A DNA stretch of 63,444 nt, filler included, from Reticulomyxa filosa (GCA_000512085.1; 21 parts of 21 records of this genome joined end to end with filler, not necessarily neighbours in it); one strand, 5' to 3'. Positions 1 through 11,616 are shown, counted from the whole stretch's first letter. The notes: generated by a model from the letters alone, not told the origin. Numbers and translations are program-made.

Positions 1-7
1 GGGTAAA

Positions 8-342
8 TTGACAATCGATAAAAAAATATTGACAAACGACACGACAAGCAATGCAAAGACGAAAAACAACACGGTCGTATCGACGGAGTTTGTGACGGAA
101 CTAGCGGCATTGCTCTGCGTGGTGAAAGAAGCCACCGAGCTAATTGACCATATCGACAACAATACCCGCAAAGGATCCATTACAAATGACGAAGAAAAAG
201 TGTACTCGCTCCAAGTTCAACGCAACAAATATCACAATGTATCGCTATCAAACAATAGTGATTCTGATCCTGGTGTGCAAATTGTCTGTCTTTCTTCTTT
301 GCTGTTCTTGTTATTGTATAATTGCATAACTTTCACAAAAGT

Positions 343-381
<39 letters not shown>

Positions 382-1790
382 GTATATATAAGTGGAAGAT
401 AATCATGCGACATTGGTCGAACTGTATCACGGATATATGGACGAATACGAACTTGTGCCTTCGGCCAATTACTTGCTGAAGTTTGCTCGACAACGAGGAG
501 CGAAAGTCACGTACGCGCAGGTCAAAGACTTTATGCAAAATCTCACTCTGTTGGATCGCATCCATCGCAACAGCCAGCTCAAACGCGACGTGCCATCACC
601 TCAGCTGTTCGGTCTGTCCATGGCCAAAAAACGTGAGAGCGAAGCGAGTTTTGATGATCCACATAAATCTAGGCCTGTCCAAAAGTTCATTTTTTTTTTT
701 TTTTTTTTACCCCCTCTGTTTTCTAACTGATTAATAATAAAAAAAAAAAAAAAAAAACTATGTAATTAATTTTTTTTTTTTTGAAAGTCCATGTCAAAAA
801 AAAAAAATTACATTATACATAGACTTATATGTTTATGTATATATGTATGTATATGTTTGTTTATGTATTTATTATCTTTTTTTTAATGAATCGATATGGT
901 GGACACGCAAGACGCAAAAAGATGAACAACAGAGTCCATTTTTCACTATATCAGTCACACACCACAGAACCGCATTTGCAATCAGATGGCGAAGACATGC
1001 ACGAAGATGACGAAATTGGCGACGGCAGAGAAGAGTGGAATATACTTCCAACCAACGATCACGATCATGATCACGATCACGATCACGATCACGATCACGA
1101 CCACGACAACGACCACGATCATGACCATGATCACGATCACAATCACCATAATCATCATGATCATGACCATGATGATGAAAAAGACTTTGCCAACTCACAC
1201 AAAGATATCGACACTGTACCTAGTTTTGTTTTTTGAAACTTGCAACAGAGACTGTGAGATAATAAAAAAAAAAAGAAGCAAATAGTATATGTGTATACGT
1301 GTGTGTGTGTTTGTGTGTTTGTGTTATGGAGTAGAAAGGGAGTCGTGGAACAATCACGACGTGTGGAACTACTTGGCATATGCGGGCGCGAGCGATCACG
1401 AAGTGTTGACCACGCTGAAATCGAAGGTGGAAGAGGTGGTGAAGAACCACGGAACGATCGAAGACTTGCAAGGCGTGTGGCAGCACGAGTACAATTGGCT
1501 CATCAAAGCGTCATTGGAGCGCGAAAGAGAGCTCGATCACTTGGAAAAGCACCACAATTTCGGATTGTTTGTGCCATACCGTGGACAAGGAGTTGCTATG
1601 AATCATTGTATTATTGCGAATGGCAATAACAATTACAATTACAATTACAATTATAATCATGGCAATATTCAATGTCATAACATTAATACTAACAATAATA
1701 CTAATAATAATAATAATAATAATAGCATTATTAATAACATTAATCATATTAATATCAATAATAATAATAATATCAATAATAATAATAATA
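8..1790 (+). CDS. Multi-exon eukaryotic hypothetical protein (partial) with His/Asp repeat, possible SAM-like segment and poly-Asn tail
   Basis: GC-richer coding blocks at about 8-280, 393-680, 892-1220 and 1335-1790 are separated by TA/poly-T introns. SWNNHDVWNYL resembles the W...DV..WL start of a SAM domain. Confidence 0.5.
1057..1175 (+). repeat. (GATCAC)n-type hexamer coding repeat encoding (DH)n
   Basis: Tandem gatcac/gaccac/gatcat units lie in frame with ORF 829-1236. Confidence 0.9.
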
Positions 1791-1890
1791 NNNNNNNNNN
1801 NNNNNNNNNNNNNNNNNNNNNNNNNNNNNNNNNNTTAATTAATTAANNNNNNNNNNNNNNNNNNNNNNNNNNNNNNNNNNNNNNNNNNNN
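1791..1890. other. Artificial contig spacer (44 N + TTAATTAATTAA + 44 N), first of 20
   Basis: The identical 100-nt unit, with stops in all six frames, starts at 1791, 3006, 4106, 5953, 7103, 8255, 9766, 17739, 21281, 23324, 26570, 29520, 31001, 39345, 42157, 48043, 54142, 57471, 60210 and 62106. Confidence 0.99.
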
Positions 1891-1897
1891 AGGTCAG

Positions 1898-1957
<60 letters not shown>

Positions 1958-2025
1958 GAATCCGCCAGAAGTGGGTAGGGTAACCGTAAGGAGCCCGCTT
2001 ACCACGGTAGGTTTCATGACTGGGG

Positions 2026-2078
<53 letters not shown>
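1891..2078 (+). rRNA. rrs: Bacterial 16S rRNA, 3' end (Betaproteobacteria, Neisseriales-like)
   Basis: Contains TTGTACACACCGCCCGTCACACC, AAGTCGTAACAAGGTAGCCGTAGGGGAACCTGCGGCTGG and the anti-SD end GATCACCTCCTTT. The GGTCAGCATACTGCGG start resembles Neisseriales. Confidence 0.98.
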
Positions 2079-2081
<3 letters not shown>

Positions 2082-2161
2082 GAGAAGGCGGGTCAGGCAC
2101 TTACAGCCTATCGGTTATTGGTAAGTTAAGGGCAGTTGGCCGCAAGGCCGCGAGGAAGACT

Positions 2162-2238
2162 GGGTTTGTAGCTCAGCCGGTTAGAGCACTGTGTTGATAA
2201 CGCAGGGGTCGTAGGTTCGAGTCCTACCAGACCCACCA
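2162..2238 (+). tRNA. tRNA-Ile (GAT)
   Basis: 77 nt, GGGTTTG...CAGACCC-A-CCA; anticodon arm CTGTG-TTGATAA-CGCAG; GTTCGA T-loop; located in the 16S-23S spacer. Confidence 0.97.
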
Positions 2239-2249
2239 GTACCCTTCGA

Positions 2250-2325
2250 GGGGGATTAGCTCAGTTGGGAGAGCACCTGCTTTGCAAGCAGGGGGTCGTC
2301 GGTTCGATCCCGTCATCCTCCACCA
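2250..2325 (+). tRNA. tRNA-Ala (TGC)
   Basis: 76 nt, GGGGGATTAGCTCAG...CCTGC-TTTGCAA-GCAGG...GGTTCGATCC...TCCTCCACCA. Confidence 0.97.
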
Positions 2326-2399
2326 CCCAATGCAAACAAAAGCCTGCCAGGTTGGCCGCAAGGTAATCTGGGTGATTTTTGTTTGCGTTGTAAAACGCC

Positions 2400-2412
2400 C
2401 GATCTTTAACAA
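2400..2412 (+). promoter_or_regulatory. rrn spacer boxA antitermination motif
   Basis: CGATCTTTAACAA matches boxA (TGCTCTTTAACA) at its usual position between tRNA-Ala and 23S. Confidence 0.75.
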
Positions 2413-2571
2413 ACTGAAGAAGCCAAATACAAGCGGCGAGACAAAACGATAAGTTAACTCTGATCGTGATGAATCGTCAGCTTGGGTAGAAGATTGTATC
2501 GCGTATCACATACGCCTTAGTGTGTGGTACCGCAAACGCTACCCGTCAAAGTAAGGCAACTGAAATGATAG

Positions 2572-3005
2572 GGTCAAGCGACTAAGTGCATCTGGTGGAT
2601 GCCTTGGCGATCACAGGCGATGAAGGACGTGCAAGCCTGCGAAAAGCAGCGGGGAGCTGGCAATGGAGCTTTGATCCGCTGATGTCCGAATGGGGAAACC
2701 CCTCCGCAAGGAGATCCCTGGCTGAACACATAGGCCAGTGGAGGCGAACCGGGAGAACTGAAACATCTAAGTACCCCGAGGAAAAGAAATCAACCGAGAT
2801 TCCGTAAGTAGTGGCGAGCGAACGCGGAAGAGCCTGTATGTGTTATGGATTGTGTTAGTGGAACGCTCTGGAAAGTGCGGCCATAGTGGGTGATAGCCCC
2901 GTACACGAAAACGCATTCCAAGAACTGAGCATACGAGAAGTAGGGCGGGACACGCGAAATCCTGTCTGAAGATGGGGGGACCATCCTCCAAGGCTAAATA
3001 CTCGT
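2572..3005 (+). rRNA. rrl: Bacterial 23S rRNA, 5' end (partial)
   Basis: GGTCAAGCGACTAAGTGCATCTGGTGGATGCCTTGG...GAACTGAAACATCTAAGTACCC...GGGGGACCATCCTCCAAGGCTAAATAC; truncated by the contig end. Confidence 0.97.
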
Positions 3006-4205
3006 NNNNNNNNNNNNNNNNNNNNNNNNNNNNNNNNNNNNNNNNNNNNTTAATTAATTAANNNNNNNNNNNNNNNNNNNNNNNNNNNNNNNNNNNNNNN
3101 NNNNNTTCAAACATCATTTATTTCATATCAACATTATTTTATTTTCACTTTGATATGTTTCTCTAATCATTGTGTTATTGTCTGTAATTGGAATATTCTG
3201 TATCTCCCAAAAATGACCTGTTTTTAGTTTAGCGTGATAATACTTTCCTTTCACTCAATTTTAATAACGTTAAATGTATCTTTCAAATTATGTTTATCAA
3301 TATTTTAGCTTGTAAATCCACTGTCATTAAATGTTCTGCGTGATATAGCTGTATCATGTTATTCGATATTTGTAATTTGTCTTCCACTGATACTCAGTTT
3401 TTTTTTTGAAACAGACCACAAAAAATTCTTAAAAAAAAAGAGTGAATAAAAATGTGTGATATCAGTAGCATTGAAATAAACGTTAAAAAGTCTATTTTTA
3501 CTTCTGATCAACCAAACGTCCCTCTTTTTCTTGAGTCAAAGCGTTGCCTGGATATTTTGTACCAAAAGTGTAATGTTTGAACTTTTACATCAAAGCTGAG
3601 AAGCGGCTTGAGAAAGGCGGTGATCGAGAAGCATCAATGATGACATGCTTTTGACTCCAAAAGCATAACAGGGAATGTTTGCGTATGCTCGTTTGTACAC
3701 ACGCTTCATAATGGTTCATCAATACAGCTAAAAGAGTGCTTAAGCCATGGCTTTTTTTTGCATTTTTATTGTTAAAAAGATAAAGACAACAGCGAGGTCA
3801 ATAATCTTATGAAGGTCTGATGTGCAAAAATATTTTTTACACAAAAAAGTTTGAGAGCAACACAAAGGTGTTCCAATTTCAAAAAAGCAATCTTATCAAA
3901 TCATTCGATTATCTTTTTAGCTGCTTAATTCCTTATCTTTATTAACAATGGCGAGAGATGGTAAGATATTCCGTGACATAACAAAGAAAACTCTGTTTGT
4001 CTCCAGTTTTTTTTTCTCACTCTGTTTTGTATTTCAACGAAAATGTTTTGAAGTACACACAGGAGGAAAACATGAATTGGGGAAAGGTAACAAAGAGAAA
4101 AATGCNNNNNNNNNNNNNNNNNNNNNNNNNNNNNNNNNNNNNNNNNNNNTTAATTAATTAANNNNNNNNNNNNNNNNNNNNNNNNNNNNNNNNNNNNNNN
4201 NNNNN

Positions 4206-4902
4206 AATCACAGACTATCTTTACTATATGTTGTACTATCTTATCTCTTTCATTTATTTGAAAGGTCATACATTCAGTTTTTTAGCTAGCTTTTACAGTA
4301 TGACTTTTTTTTTTAACAAAAATTTTTTTATTAAATATCTATCAAACTGTAAAGAAAAAATAATCCATTTAACAAACGTTTACACTTGAGTTTAAAAGAA
4401 GCTTTTATATTTGATGCAATGATATGCTGGTAGTTTTTTCCAGTTCTATTTGTATGTCATTTACAATTTCACAATTCTCAGTTACCAATTACCTGACAAT
4501 TTGTCTCACTAAAAATAGATTTTCTTAATGATCAATGCTTTCTGTTTATATTCTCGTTTGTTTGAAACTCTTTTTTCCAATTTTAGACAGTCATCACGCA
4601 AACCTTGAAGTGTTTTCCCACTTTTATCATAGACTTTCCATCCAAGAGCATTTGCACATATCTTCACTTTGTAAACTCGTCACATTGCTTCAATAGAAAG
4701 ATTTTTACTTTCTTATGTGTTTATTTTGCGTCAAATACTTTAATATTAGTCAGCATAATTCATTTTAAACTTTTTTGTTCGGTAACATAGTTTTTTTAAC
4801 ATTGAATTTTTCAAACCCCTGAGGAAAAAGGATGATCTAGAACTTTTCAAATAAATGCAAGAGATAATATAGTACAACATAGAGGAAAGATAGTCTGTCA
4901 TT
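4206..4902. mobile_element. Degenerate TIR element (MITE or decayed DNA transposon), about 700 bp, with at least 60-bp inverted repeats
   Basis: 4206-4265 is the reverse complement of 4843-4902 at 53/60 positions. The left end abuts the contig edge, so no target-site duplication is visible. Confidence 0.7.
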
Positions 4903-5139
4903 TGCCCTATAAATCTACAAAATTATTTTTACTTTAGGTCTTTTCAATAAAGATATACAAGTCAAATGCTAAAAAAGCCCCCTTTTTTTTGTTGTAATAT
5001 TTTTTTTGCAAACTACTGTACATAATGAAAACAATATCTTCACTAAATGATAGTTCTTCTGCTGAAAAGAAAAATTATACACACTATCTAGATCGTATAT
5101 TCATGAAGATGAAATAAATATAATAACTTATATCGGATA

Positions 5140-5348
5140 AATGACCACTCACCAACATACTTAGCTCAAAATCAGGAATGGATTAATATCGAACATACAC
5201 TAAATGGAATACTTACAAACATCGGGTTCGAAATTGAAGGAATAAAAAAGGCTATAACTTATGTAACTACATAATACAAGCATAAGAAAGAAAGATTGAT
5301 CATTTTCAGTGACTGTAAATTTGCAGTAAGTGCAATACTGAACAAAAT
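5140..5348 (+). pseudogene. RNase H-like fragment, probably a retrotransposon remnant
   Basis: The frame through 5221 reads GILTNIGFEIEGIKKAITYVTT*YKHKKERLIIFSDCKFAVSAILNK, matching RNase HI E..A and I.SD motifs; in-frame TAA at 5272. Confidence 0.65.
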
Positions 5349-6223
5349 GCTATGTCCGTTTGGACAGGTTACATAAACTTGCTATTTAAGCAGAGTGGTT
5401 ATGCTAGGTGTAGTGCAAATTGACGAAAAAAAAGATTGTCGAAAACCACGAAAGACCTTTTTTGGTTTGTTTTCAAAACGTTCCAACTATATCCTCTAAA
5501 ATTTTTTGAATCAAATGGAGGAGGTAATTTTCTCTTCATGTTCTCACTTCATTTCCGATGTTGTCCAATAAGATAATTTTTTTTTATAAAAAAACCCGGA
5601 AAAAACCACAGTTAAACGGTTTTCCTGTGATGCACAACTTACCCTTTGGGGACTTTCCAACAGACGTGTACAGACATCACAAAACAGAGCTGGAGACGGA
5701 AGACGAAGATCACTCATGGATAGGCTTTGCATTCCGCATTGCAAGTGGATGTCAGACACTACTGAGTGGCAGCAACGAAAACGACGATAGTTCCCACCAT
5801 GAAAATGAGGGATCATTATCGAAGCATCAACAAAATACAAAGTTGGGTTGTTTGTTCATATATTTTTTTTTTTAAATGTACCCTTGGCACAAACTTTTTT
5901 TTGTTTCCTTTTTTTTTTTTTTTTTTTTTTTTTTTCTTTTTTTTTTTGTTTTNNNNNNNNNNNNNNNNNNNNNNNNNNNNNNNNNNNNNNNNNNNNTTAA
6001 TTAATTAANNNNNNNNNNNNNNNNNNNNNNNNNNNNNNNNNNNNNNNNNNNNAGATTCAATGCACAAATGTTAAAAAAAAAAGAGAGAGAGAAGACAGTG
6101 ATTGAAAACAAACGTTTTTTTTGTTTTTTTGTTTTTTTTTTAATAAAATTTTCTCAAATGTCCATCAATAGAACTTTTTTGTTGTTGTTTCGCTTTTGTT
6201 TGTGCACTTTACGGAGGAAGAAC

Positions 6224-6254
<31 letters not shown>

Positions 6255-6314
6255 CAACACAAAACAAAAAAAAAAAAGTCAGAGTGTGTGTAAATTTCGT
6301 TTGAGTGTTATCTC

Positions 6315-6995
6315 TTATGGATTTTGTGAAAAATCGGTCCAGTACTGAGAAGGGATGAGAAGCATGGTTGTGGTGGTTGCCGTGATGTGTGGATTGGCTG
6401 AAGTCGGATTGTCGTGGAAAGCAGCTGAAGGAACTGAAGATAGAGTCGAAGATGGCCAATTCCAATTCATTATCGATGCACTTGTAGACATAGACGCAGA
6501 TGCAGATGTAGGTGCAGGTGCAGGTGCAGGTGCAGGTGCAAGTGAAGAAGATACAGACGTGGATGAAAGTAAGGATGTTGGTGTTGTCATCGTCGTTGCT
6601 GTTGTTGTTGTCGTCGTTGTTGTTGCTGCTGTTGCTGTTGGTGTCGTTGTGGGCAACACGTAAGAAACACTTGGACAAACAATAAATGGCACATTGGACA
6701 TTGTCATTTCGTAGCTGCAACTCGACGAAGGCTGCCAGCGTTCCAAGTCTTCGGCTACGCGTGTGGACGAGGAGGACGTCTCGACCGAGTGCCGAGCAGC
6801 AATCGGAGAGCAGACGGGGAGGGAAAAGGATAGCGGCAGGGGTAGAGGCAGTGGCAGAGGCGCCGACAGGGGCACCGGCAGGGCGAGTGGAAGAGGGAGA
6901 GGAAGAGGAAGAGGAAAGTGAACGGGAAGGGAAAGAGATAGGGGAAGAGGTAAAGGAACGGAAAGTGAATACATTTGTGATGGGTTTTGCGTCAA
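6315..6995 (-). CDS. Low-complexity (Pro/Leu, Thr, Ser-rich) exon of a hypothetical eukaryotic protein
   Basis: 226-codon open frame with (PL)n, poly-T and (AP)n tracts. The antisense ORFs are shadows of these repeats. Confidence 0.4.
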   Translation of the reverse strand: MTQNPSQMYSLSVPLPLPLSLSLPVHFPLPLPLPLPLALPVPLSAPLPLPLPLPLSFSLPVCSPIAARHSVETSSSSTRVAEDLERWQPSSSCSYEMTMSNVPFIVCPSVSYVLPTTTPTATAATTTTTTTTATTMTTPTSLLSSTSVSSSLAPAPAPAPAPTSASASMSTSASIMNWNWPSSTLSSVPSAAFHDNPTSANPHITATTTTMLLIPSQYWTDFSQNP

Positions 6996-7202
6996 TGAAT
7001 GGTTTCCGTTGTTTAGATATTGACGTGAATCATGATTATGACTGTGTGTAAGATTATAGTTATTATTATTATTATTATTGTTATTATTATTATTATTATT
7101 ATNNNNNNNNNNNNNNNNNNNNNNNNNNNNNNNNNNNNNNNNNNNNTTAATTAATTAANNNNNNNNNNNNNNNNNNNNNNNNNNNNNNNNNNNNNNNNNN
7201 NN

Positions 7203-7442
7203 TTAATAAATAAATAATCTAATAATATATCAAAATTCATTAATATACAATAACGTATTTTACAATATGGATGATTTAAAAATTTTAATAATTGTTTTTC
7301 AATTATTTTTTTATTATTATTATCTTTTATTTCTTCTAATTTAATATGTCTTAATAATTTTAAATAACATAATGTTAATTGACAACATAATTTTTCAGAA
7401 TATTCATTTATTTCTATATTATTAATATTATTATTATCTTCT

Positions 7443-7473
<31 letters not shown>

Positions 7474-8254
7474 CATATTGTATTGATGTTATTTTCCATA
7501 TTTGTTCAAGAAGTTGTATTAAATTTTAACATTTCTGTATAATTTGGTATATGTTTTGGTAATGATTTTAACCATTCTATTTCATCTAATATTTCATCAT
7601 TATTATTATTATTATTATTATTTAATCTTTGAATTATTTCCTTTTTCTTTATTTGAATAGCTTTTTGTGTTAAAAATTTATATCTTAATTGAATAAAATC
7701 ACATGATGGACATTGAAATGATATCATTAAATGTTTTAAAGATTGTAAAGATAATAAATTAGAATTATTATAACCAAATCTATTCCATGAAAAATAAGAT
7801 AAAGATGAATTATCATAATAATTACGATAATTATTTTCTATTATATTATTATTATTATTATCATTATTTGATCTAATAAATGCTGCATTTAAAAAATATT
7901 CCTTATTATTATTATCATAATAAAATCCACCAAATAATACTGTTATATTTATTGTTGATAAATATAATCTAATACATTGTTGTTCATATAATAAATTATC
8001 CCAATTTATTATTATTTCTTTTGTTTTTTTAATTCTTTTTAATATTTGTTGTTGTTTTCCTATAAATAAATATTCATCAAATAATATATTACCACATTGT
8101 ATTATACTTTGTATACAATTAGGTAATGGAAAAAAATCATATGATATAATAGTATCTTGAGAATGAGAATGTATACATATTAATTGTGTAATAGTAGTAA
8201 AAATATATTGTAATAAAGTTAAATTAGATGATAATTTATTATTATTATTATTAT
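7203..8254 (-). CDS. Extremely AT-rich, intron-less coding fragment with poly-Asn tracts (partial, homopolymer frameshift near 7525)
   Basis: The minus frame is open from the contig edge at 8254 to 7506 (...CIQSIIQCGNILFDEYLFIG...FQCPSCDF...) and continues in a shifted frame (QLLEQIWKITSIQYDND...LCCQLTLCYLKLL). Confidence 0.7.
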
Positions 8255-8447
8255 NNNNNNNNNNNNNNNNNNNNNNNNNNNNNNNNNNNNNNNNNNNNTT
8301 AATTAATTAANNNNNNNNNNNNNNNNNNNNNNNNNNNNNNNNNNNNNNNNNNNNTTGCCTGTATTAACAGTGATAATAAAAAAAAACAAATATACTTGTT
8401 TATTTTTATTTAAATGAAATAAAAGACAAAAATAAAAAAAACGTAAC

Positions 8448-8679
8448 ATAATTGACAATCAGTTTATCAAAATCATTTATCCATCCAAATGTGATGTATA
8501 ATGTTCGAATCCAATTCTGGATAATGATTTGGATTTCGTTTTCATCTGGCTATTCAACCACAAGTCAAATACAATAAATACAATTAAACTTGAAGACAAT
8601 CAACTTTTTAGAAATTTAGAATAAAACTTACAATTACTAGTTGAGTTAAAGTTTGTTCATTATTGATAAGATCTGTCAT
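8448..8679 (-). CDS. 5' exons of a lineage-expanded WD40-family gene (partial)
   Basis: Exon MTDLINNEQTLTQL, then exon DENEIQIIIQNWIRTLYITFGWINDFDKLIVNY. The same motif precedes WD40 repeats at 20417-20521 and 37649-37745. Confidence 0.7.
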
Positions 8680-9099
8680 TTTGCAACGATATTCTTCAAT
8701 GATGTAAAGTGGAAAATTTTTACTTTTTTTTTCAAGTTCAATAAAGGGACTTTAAAAAATAGAAATTGCAATAACTGTGTTTTTTTTTAATGAAAAAGCA
8801 AAAGAAAAATAAAATAAAATGAAAACTGGACAGAAAAACAAAAATTTGTTGAACTAAATTATCTATAGTTCTTTTTGTCAACGCTCCAAAACAAATTGGT
8901 CATTTTATTAATTTGATTTGCAATCAGTTGCAAACAGTTCAGTTGACCCTTTTCTTTTTTTTCTTAAATCATAAAAATTTCATTTACTTTCTTTTCAATG
9001 ATATGTATTAAAATATTTTATTCTATTGTTTCCTTTGATCATATACACTTCATTCTTATTTGATTGAATTAAAAAAAAAAATGTTTTGATAATGATATG

Positions 9100-9320
9100 G
9101 CAAAAATTTTACATAATCCACATAATTTGAATGTCCATTGAATTTGTTTGTTGTTATCAACATTTCATACACGAACTGTTTTATCATCTGATCCAGAACA
9201 AATGAATCGACAATCATCATATGCTGAATAGTCAATATTATTTACACAATTAGTATATTCAGTGAACGCATTGATTAATTTGGATGATGAACAATACAGA
9301 TTAAAATTGATATTTGATAA
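9100..9320 (-). pseudogene. Degenerate WD40-repeat pseudogene
   Basis: SSKLINAFTEYTNCVNNIDYSAYDDCRFICSGSDDKTVRV, followed by frameshifts and stops. Confidence 0.7.
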
Positions 9321-10077
9321 TAAAATAGAAGATTCATAAGATTATTTTTTGTGTTAAACATTTAATTTTTGAAGTAATTATTGATAATATTGAGTCAATT
9401 TGGAATTATTTTCTTCCAAAGATTTATTATTGTTTTCCTTTATCATTAAAATCTTTTTTTATTATTTTAATATCTGCTTGTGCTACATTTGTATCAAATT
9501 GCATTCATTTACTAAATGATTATTTAAATATTTTAATTTTCCTTTAAAATTGCATTTAATGTACAATTATTCCTTGTTCTTTTTCACCTTGCTGACTTTT
9601 GAGTAGTAAAACTTGTGCAATTCAATTGTTTATTCTTTGTGTCTATTGAAGATTTCAGCTGAATTACTCTGTTACAATAATTGCTTATTCCTTCAATTTT
9701 GTAAAAATAATTTAAAAAGAAAAATAAAGATTTAAACCTAATTTTTTTTAAAAAAATATCTACTANNNNNNNNNNNNNNNNNNNNNNNNNNNNNNNNNNN
9801 NNNNNNNNNTTAATTAATTAANNNNNNNNNNNNNNNNNNNNNNNNNNNNNNNNNNNNNNNNNNNNAATAAACACATTTTATTTTTCCGTTCCACCTAACC
9901 TTTTCTAAATGCTTGATACATTTATTTTGATTTTTGTAAGTGTTGAAGATAGAAAGAATGTCCATAAACGAAGGAATTAATTTGTTAAAATTTCTATCTA
10001 TTATTTAACCTTGCGTTTATTGTGTTGTCAACAATTATTTTCCCTATTAGTGGGACATTGGGAATAATTATTCTAAT

Positions 10078-10620
10078 TTGGATATATTACAGCAAGAAGA
10101 AGCTATAGCTACGCTGACAAAATATTCATTAATAAACTATACAGAAAATCCTGCTAATTATGATATCTATAATTTATCCGAAGAAGTGATTAAAGGATTA
10201 AAATCTACTTTTACTATACATGAAATGACACAATTTGCTGTTCATGACCATTTGAATAAGCAAGATAAAAAATTCCATATTAAAAAGGGACTAAATACAT
10301 TGGTTAAGTTTCTACCTGACAAGATGGACATTTATGTTCCTCTTGCAGAACAAGCTAATTTCCTCATTTCTCACATACAAACCATCACAGATTATGCACA
10401 AAAAGAGGAAGTTTATAGTGATGATTTAATTACTCTTTATGTAAGAGAATTAGAATATTATTTGGCTGGAAAAAGAGTTTTATAAAAAGTAAAGAATTAA
10501 TCAATAGACTGGATGATATTACTTCAAAGGCTTCTGCCAAAAAATTAACTTTATGTAGATTGCATCTTATGAAGGCAGGATATGCTATTGCTCGTAATGC
10601 CTTTGAAATAAGAGGATCTT
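10078..10620 (+). pseudogene. Fragment of a bacterial STAND (NB-ARC)-TPR-like protein, winged-helix region
   Basis: AIATLTKYSLI...FTIHEMTQFAV resembles the L..YSLI / MH.L.Q motifs. After the stop at 10485 a helical frame continues (KELINRLDDI...LHLMKAGY). Confidence 0.5.
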
Positions 10621-11139
10621 AGTTAAATTTGCAACTAAAATAGATAAGTTCCTTTTAGACATAACTAGCGGCTTTACACTGAACATGCTATTTTTCCTTC
10701 ATCAACATTTGCCTTAAGATTTCTTTGTGAAGCAAATTAACAAAGAAAACGTGCCAGCCTATCGATACCAACAAATCAATACATGAGAGAATAAAAGCTT
10801 GCGCATCTTTCTCAGGCCAAATTTTACCAAGAATTAATACGATAAGTATGATAGGTATATACAGCAAGACAACTACTAGATACGTAAAACAATATATCTC
10901 TAAAAAAATAGGCAAATTTCATTCAACTTGCCTATTCTTAAAATCGCAATTAATCACTTCGATTACAACTGCTCTGCTTCTGTTGTCACATTAGGCAGCG
11001 AATGTAATACATCCCCAATAAAAGCAGCTCCATTGATATTAAGAGTTTCATGAAGCTTTGAAGTTTGAAGAACAAAAGAAACATAACGTCTTTTGGTTAA
11101 CTGTCGCACAGGCAGCTTTGAAGTGAAGAAGAATCAATA

Positions 11140-11372
11140 TCAATTAAGTACGGCAGTTAACTTCAAACGGGAATTCTCAAGTTCAAGTGCCTTTAACCGC
11201 TTTGCTTGCGATACTTGCATGCCTCCATATTCTTTACGCCACTTATAATACGTTGCATCTGATATTTGCAATTCCTTACATATCTCTTCAATCTTTTTAC
11301 TTGGCCAAGTAACACTTCTCCTTGCCGTAGTATTCTTATAATTTCTTTACTATTGTGGTTCTTTTTTCCCAC
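11140..11372 (-). mobile_element. IS3-family transposase OrfA remnant (frameshifted; OrfB absent)
   Basis: GTG start after GGAG. VGKKNHNSKEIIRILRQGEVLLGQ / KIEEICKELQISDATYYKWRKEYGGMQVSQAKRLKALELENSRLK is the HTH + leucine zipper of IS3 OrfA. Confidence 0.85.
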
Positions 11373-11434
11373 GATCTTTCTCCATTTGTTATTGATTCCA
11401 GGCTAGCTCTTTTGTTTTATTTTTACTAACCAAG

Positions 11435-11463
11435 TTCTGCATCAATTTTACGGGGCAAGGACA
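11435..11463 (-). mobile_element. Putative IS3 left terminal inverted repeat
   Basis: Minus strand reads TGTCCTTGCCCCGTAAAATTGATGCAG: a TG-initial, CCCC-containing end about 90 bp upstream of orfA, exactly where the upstream HTH ORF loses coherence. Confidence 0.55.
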
Positions 11464-11616
11464 TTTTTTATACCATTCGTAATAGGTGTTTCTGTGAATT
11501 TCAAAAAAGTTACATGAATCCCCTACATGACACATATTATTCATGTAGACTTTAAGAAAATCCTCTCTCGTTGTGTCGGTTTTTGTAATGCCTGGAAGGC
11601 ATTTTACACTTTGCAA
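11464..11616 (-). pseudogene. HTH protein N-terminus (phage terminase-small-subunit or transposase-like) truncated by the IS3 insertion
   Basis: FLKVYMNNMCHVGDSCNFFEIHRNTYYEWYKK has an HTH pattern (V..AC...I.R.TYY.W); the downstream codons are IS sequence. Confidence 0.45.

Noticed and set aside
872-1285. Overlapping ORFs such as (DR)n, (VI)n and (IT)n; similar at 6154-7051 and 30282-30765
   Set aside because: These are shadow frames of tri- and hexanucleotide repeats.
1835-1846. Regularly recurring palindrome TTAATTAATTAA and ORFs ending in ...XXXLIN
   Set aside because: It is a synthetic all-frame-stop linker inside N padding, not a biological repeat or CRISPR. ORFs that run into it are artefacts.
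1835-2991. ORFs overlapping the rRNA and tRNA genes (e.g. MIQPQVPLRLPCYDF, MEDGPPIFRQDF)
   Set aside because: These are spurious translations of rRNA/tRNA sequence.
3106-4105. Contig with short coding-like patches; similar at 17839-19400, 35590-35700 and 42257-43900
   Set aside because: No sustained reading frame or confidently identifiable motif; probably decayed gene-family fragments.
9766-9865. Apparent junction of bacterial DNA with eukaryotic WD40 genes as evidence of horizontal transfer
   Set aside because: The adjacency is created by the artificial spacer; no real junction is visible.
11003-11030. Possible right inverted repeat of the IS3 element
   Set aside because: Similarity to the left end is limited to TGT...CCCC, too weak to call.
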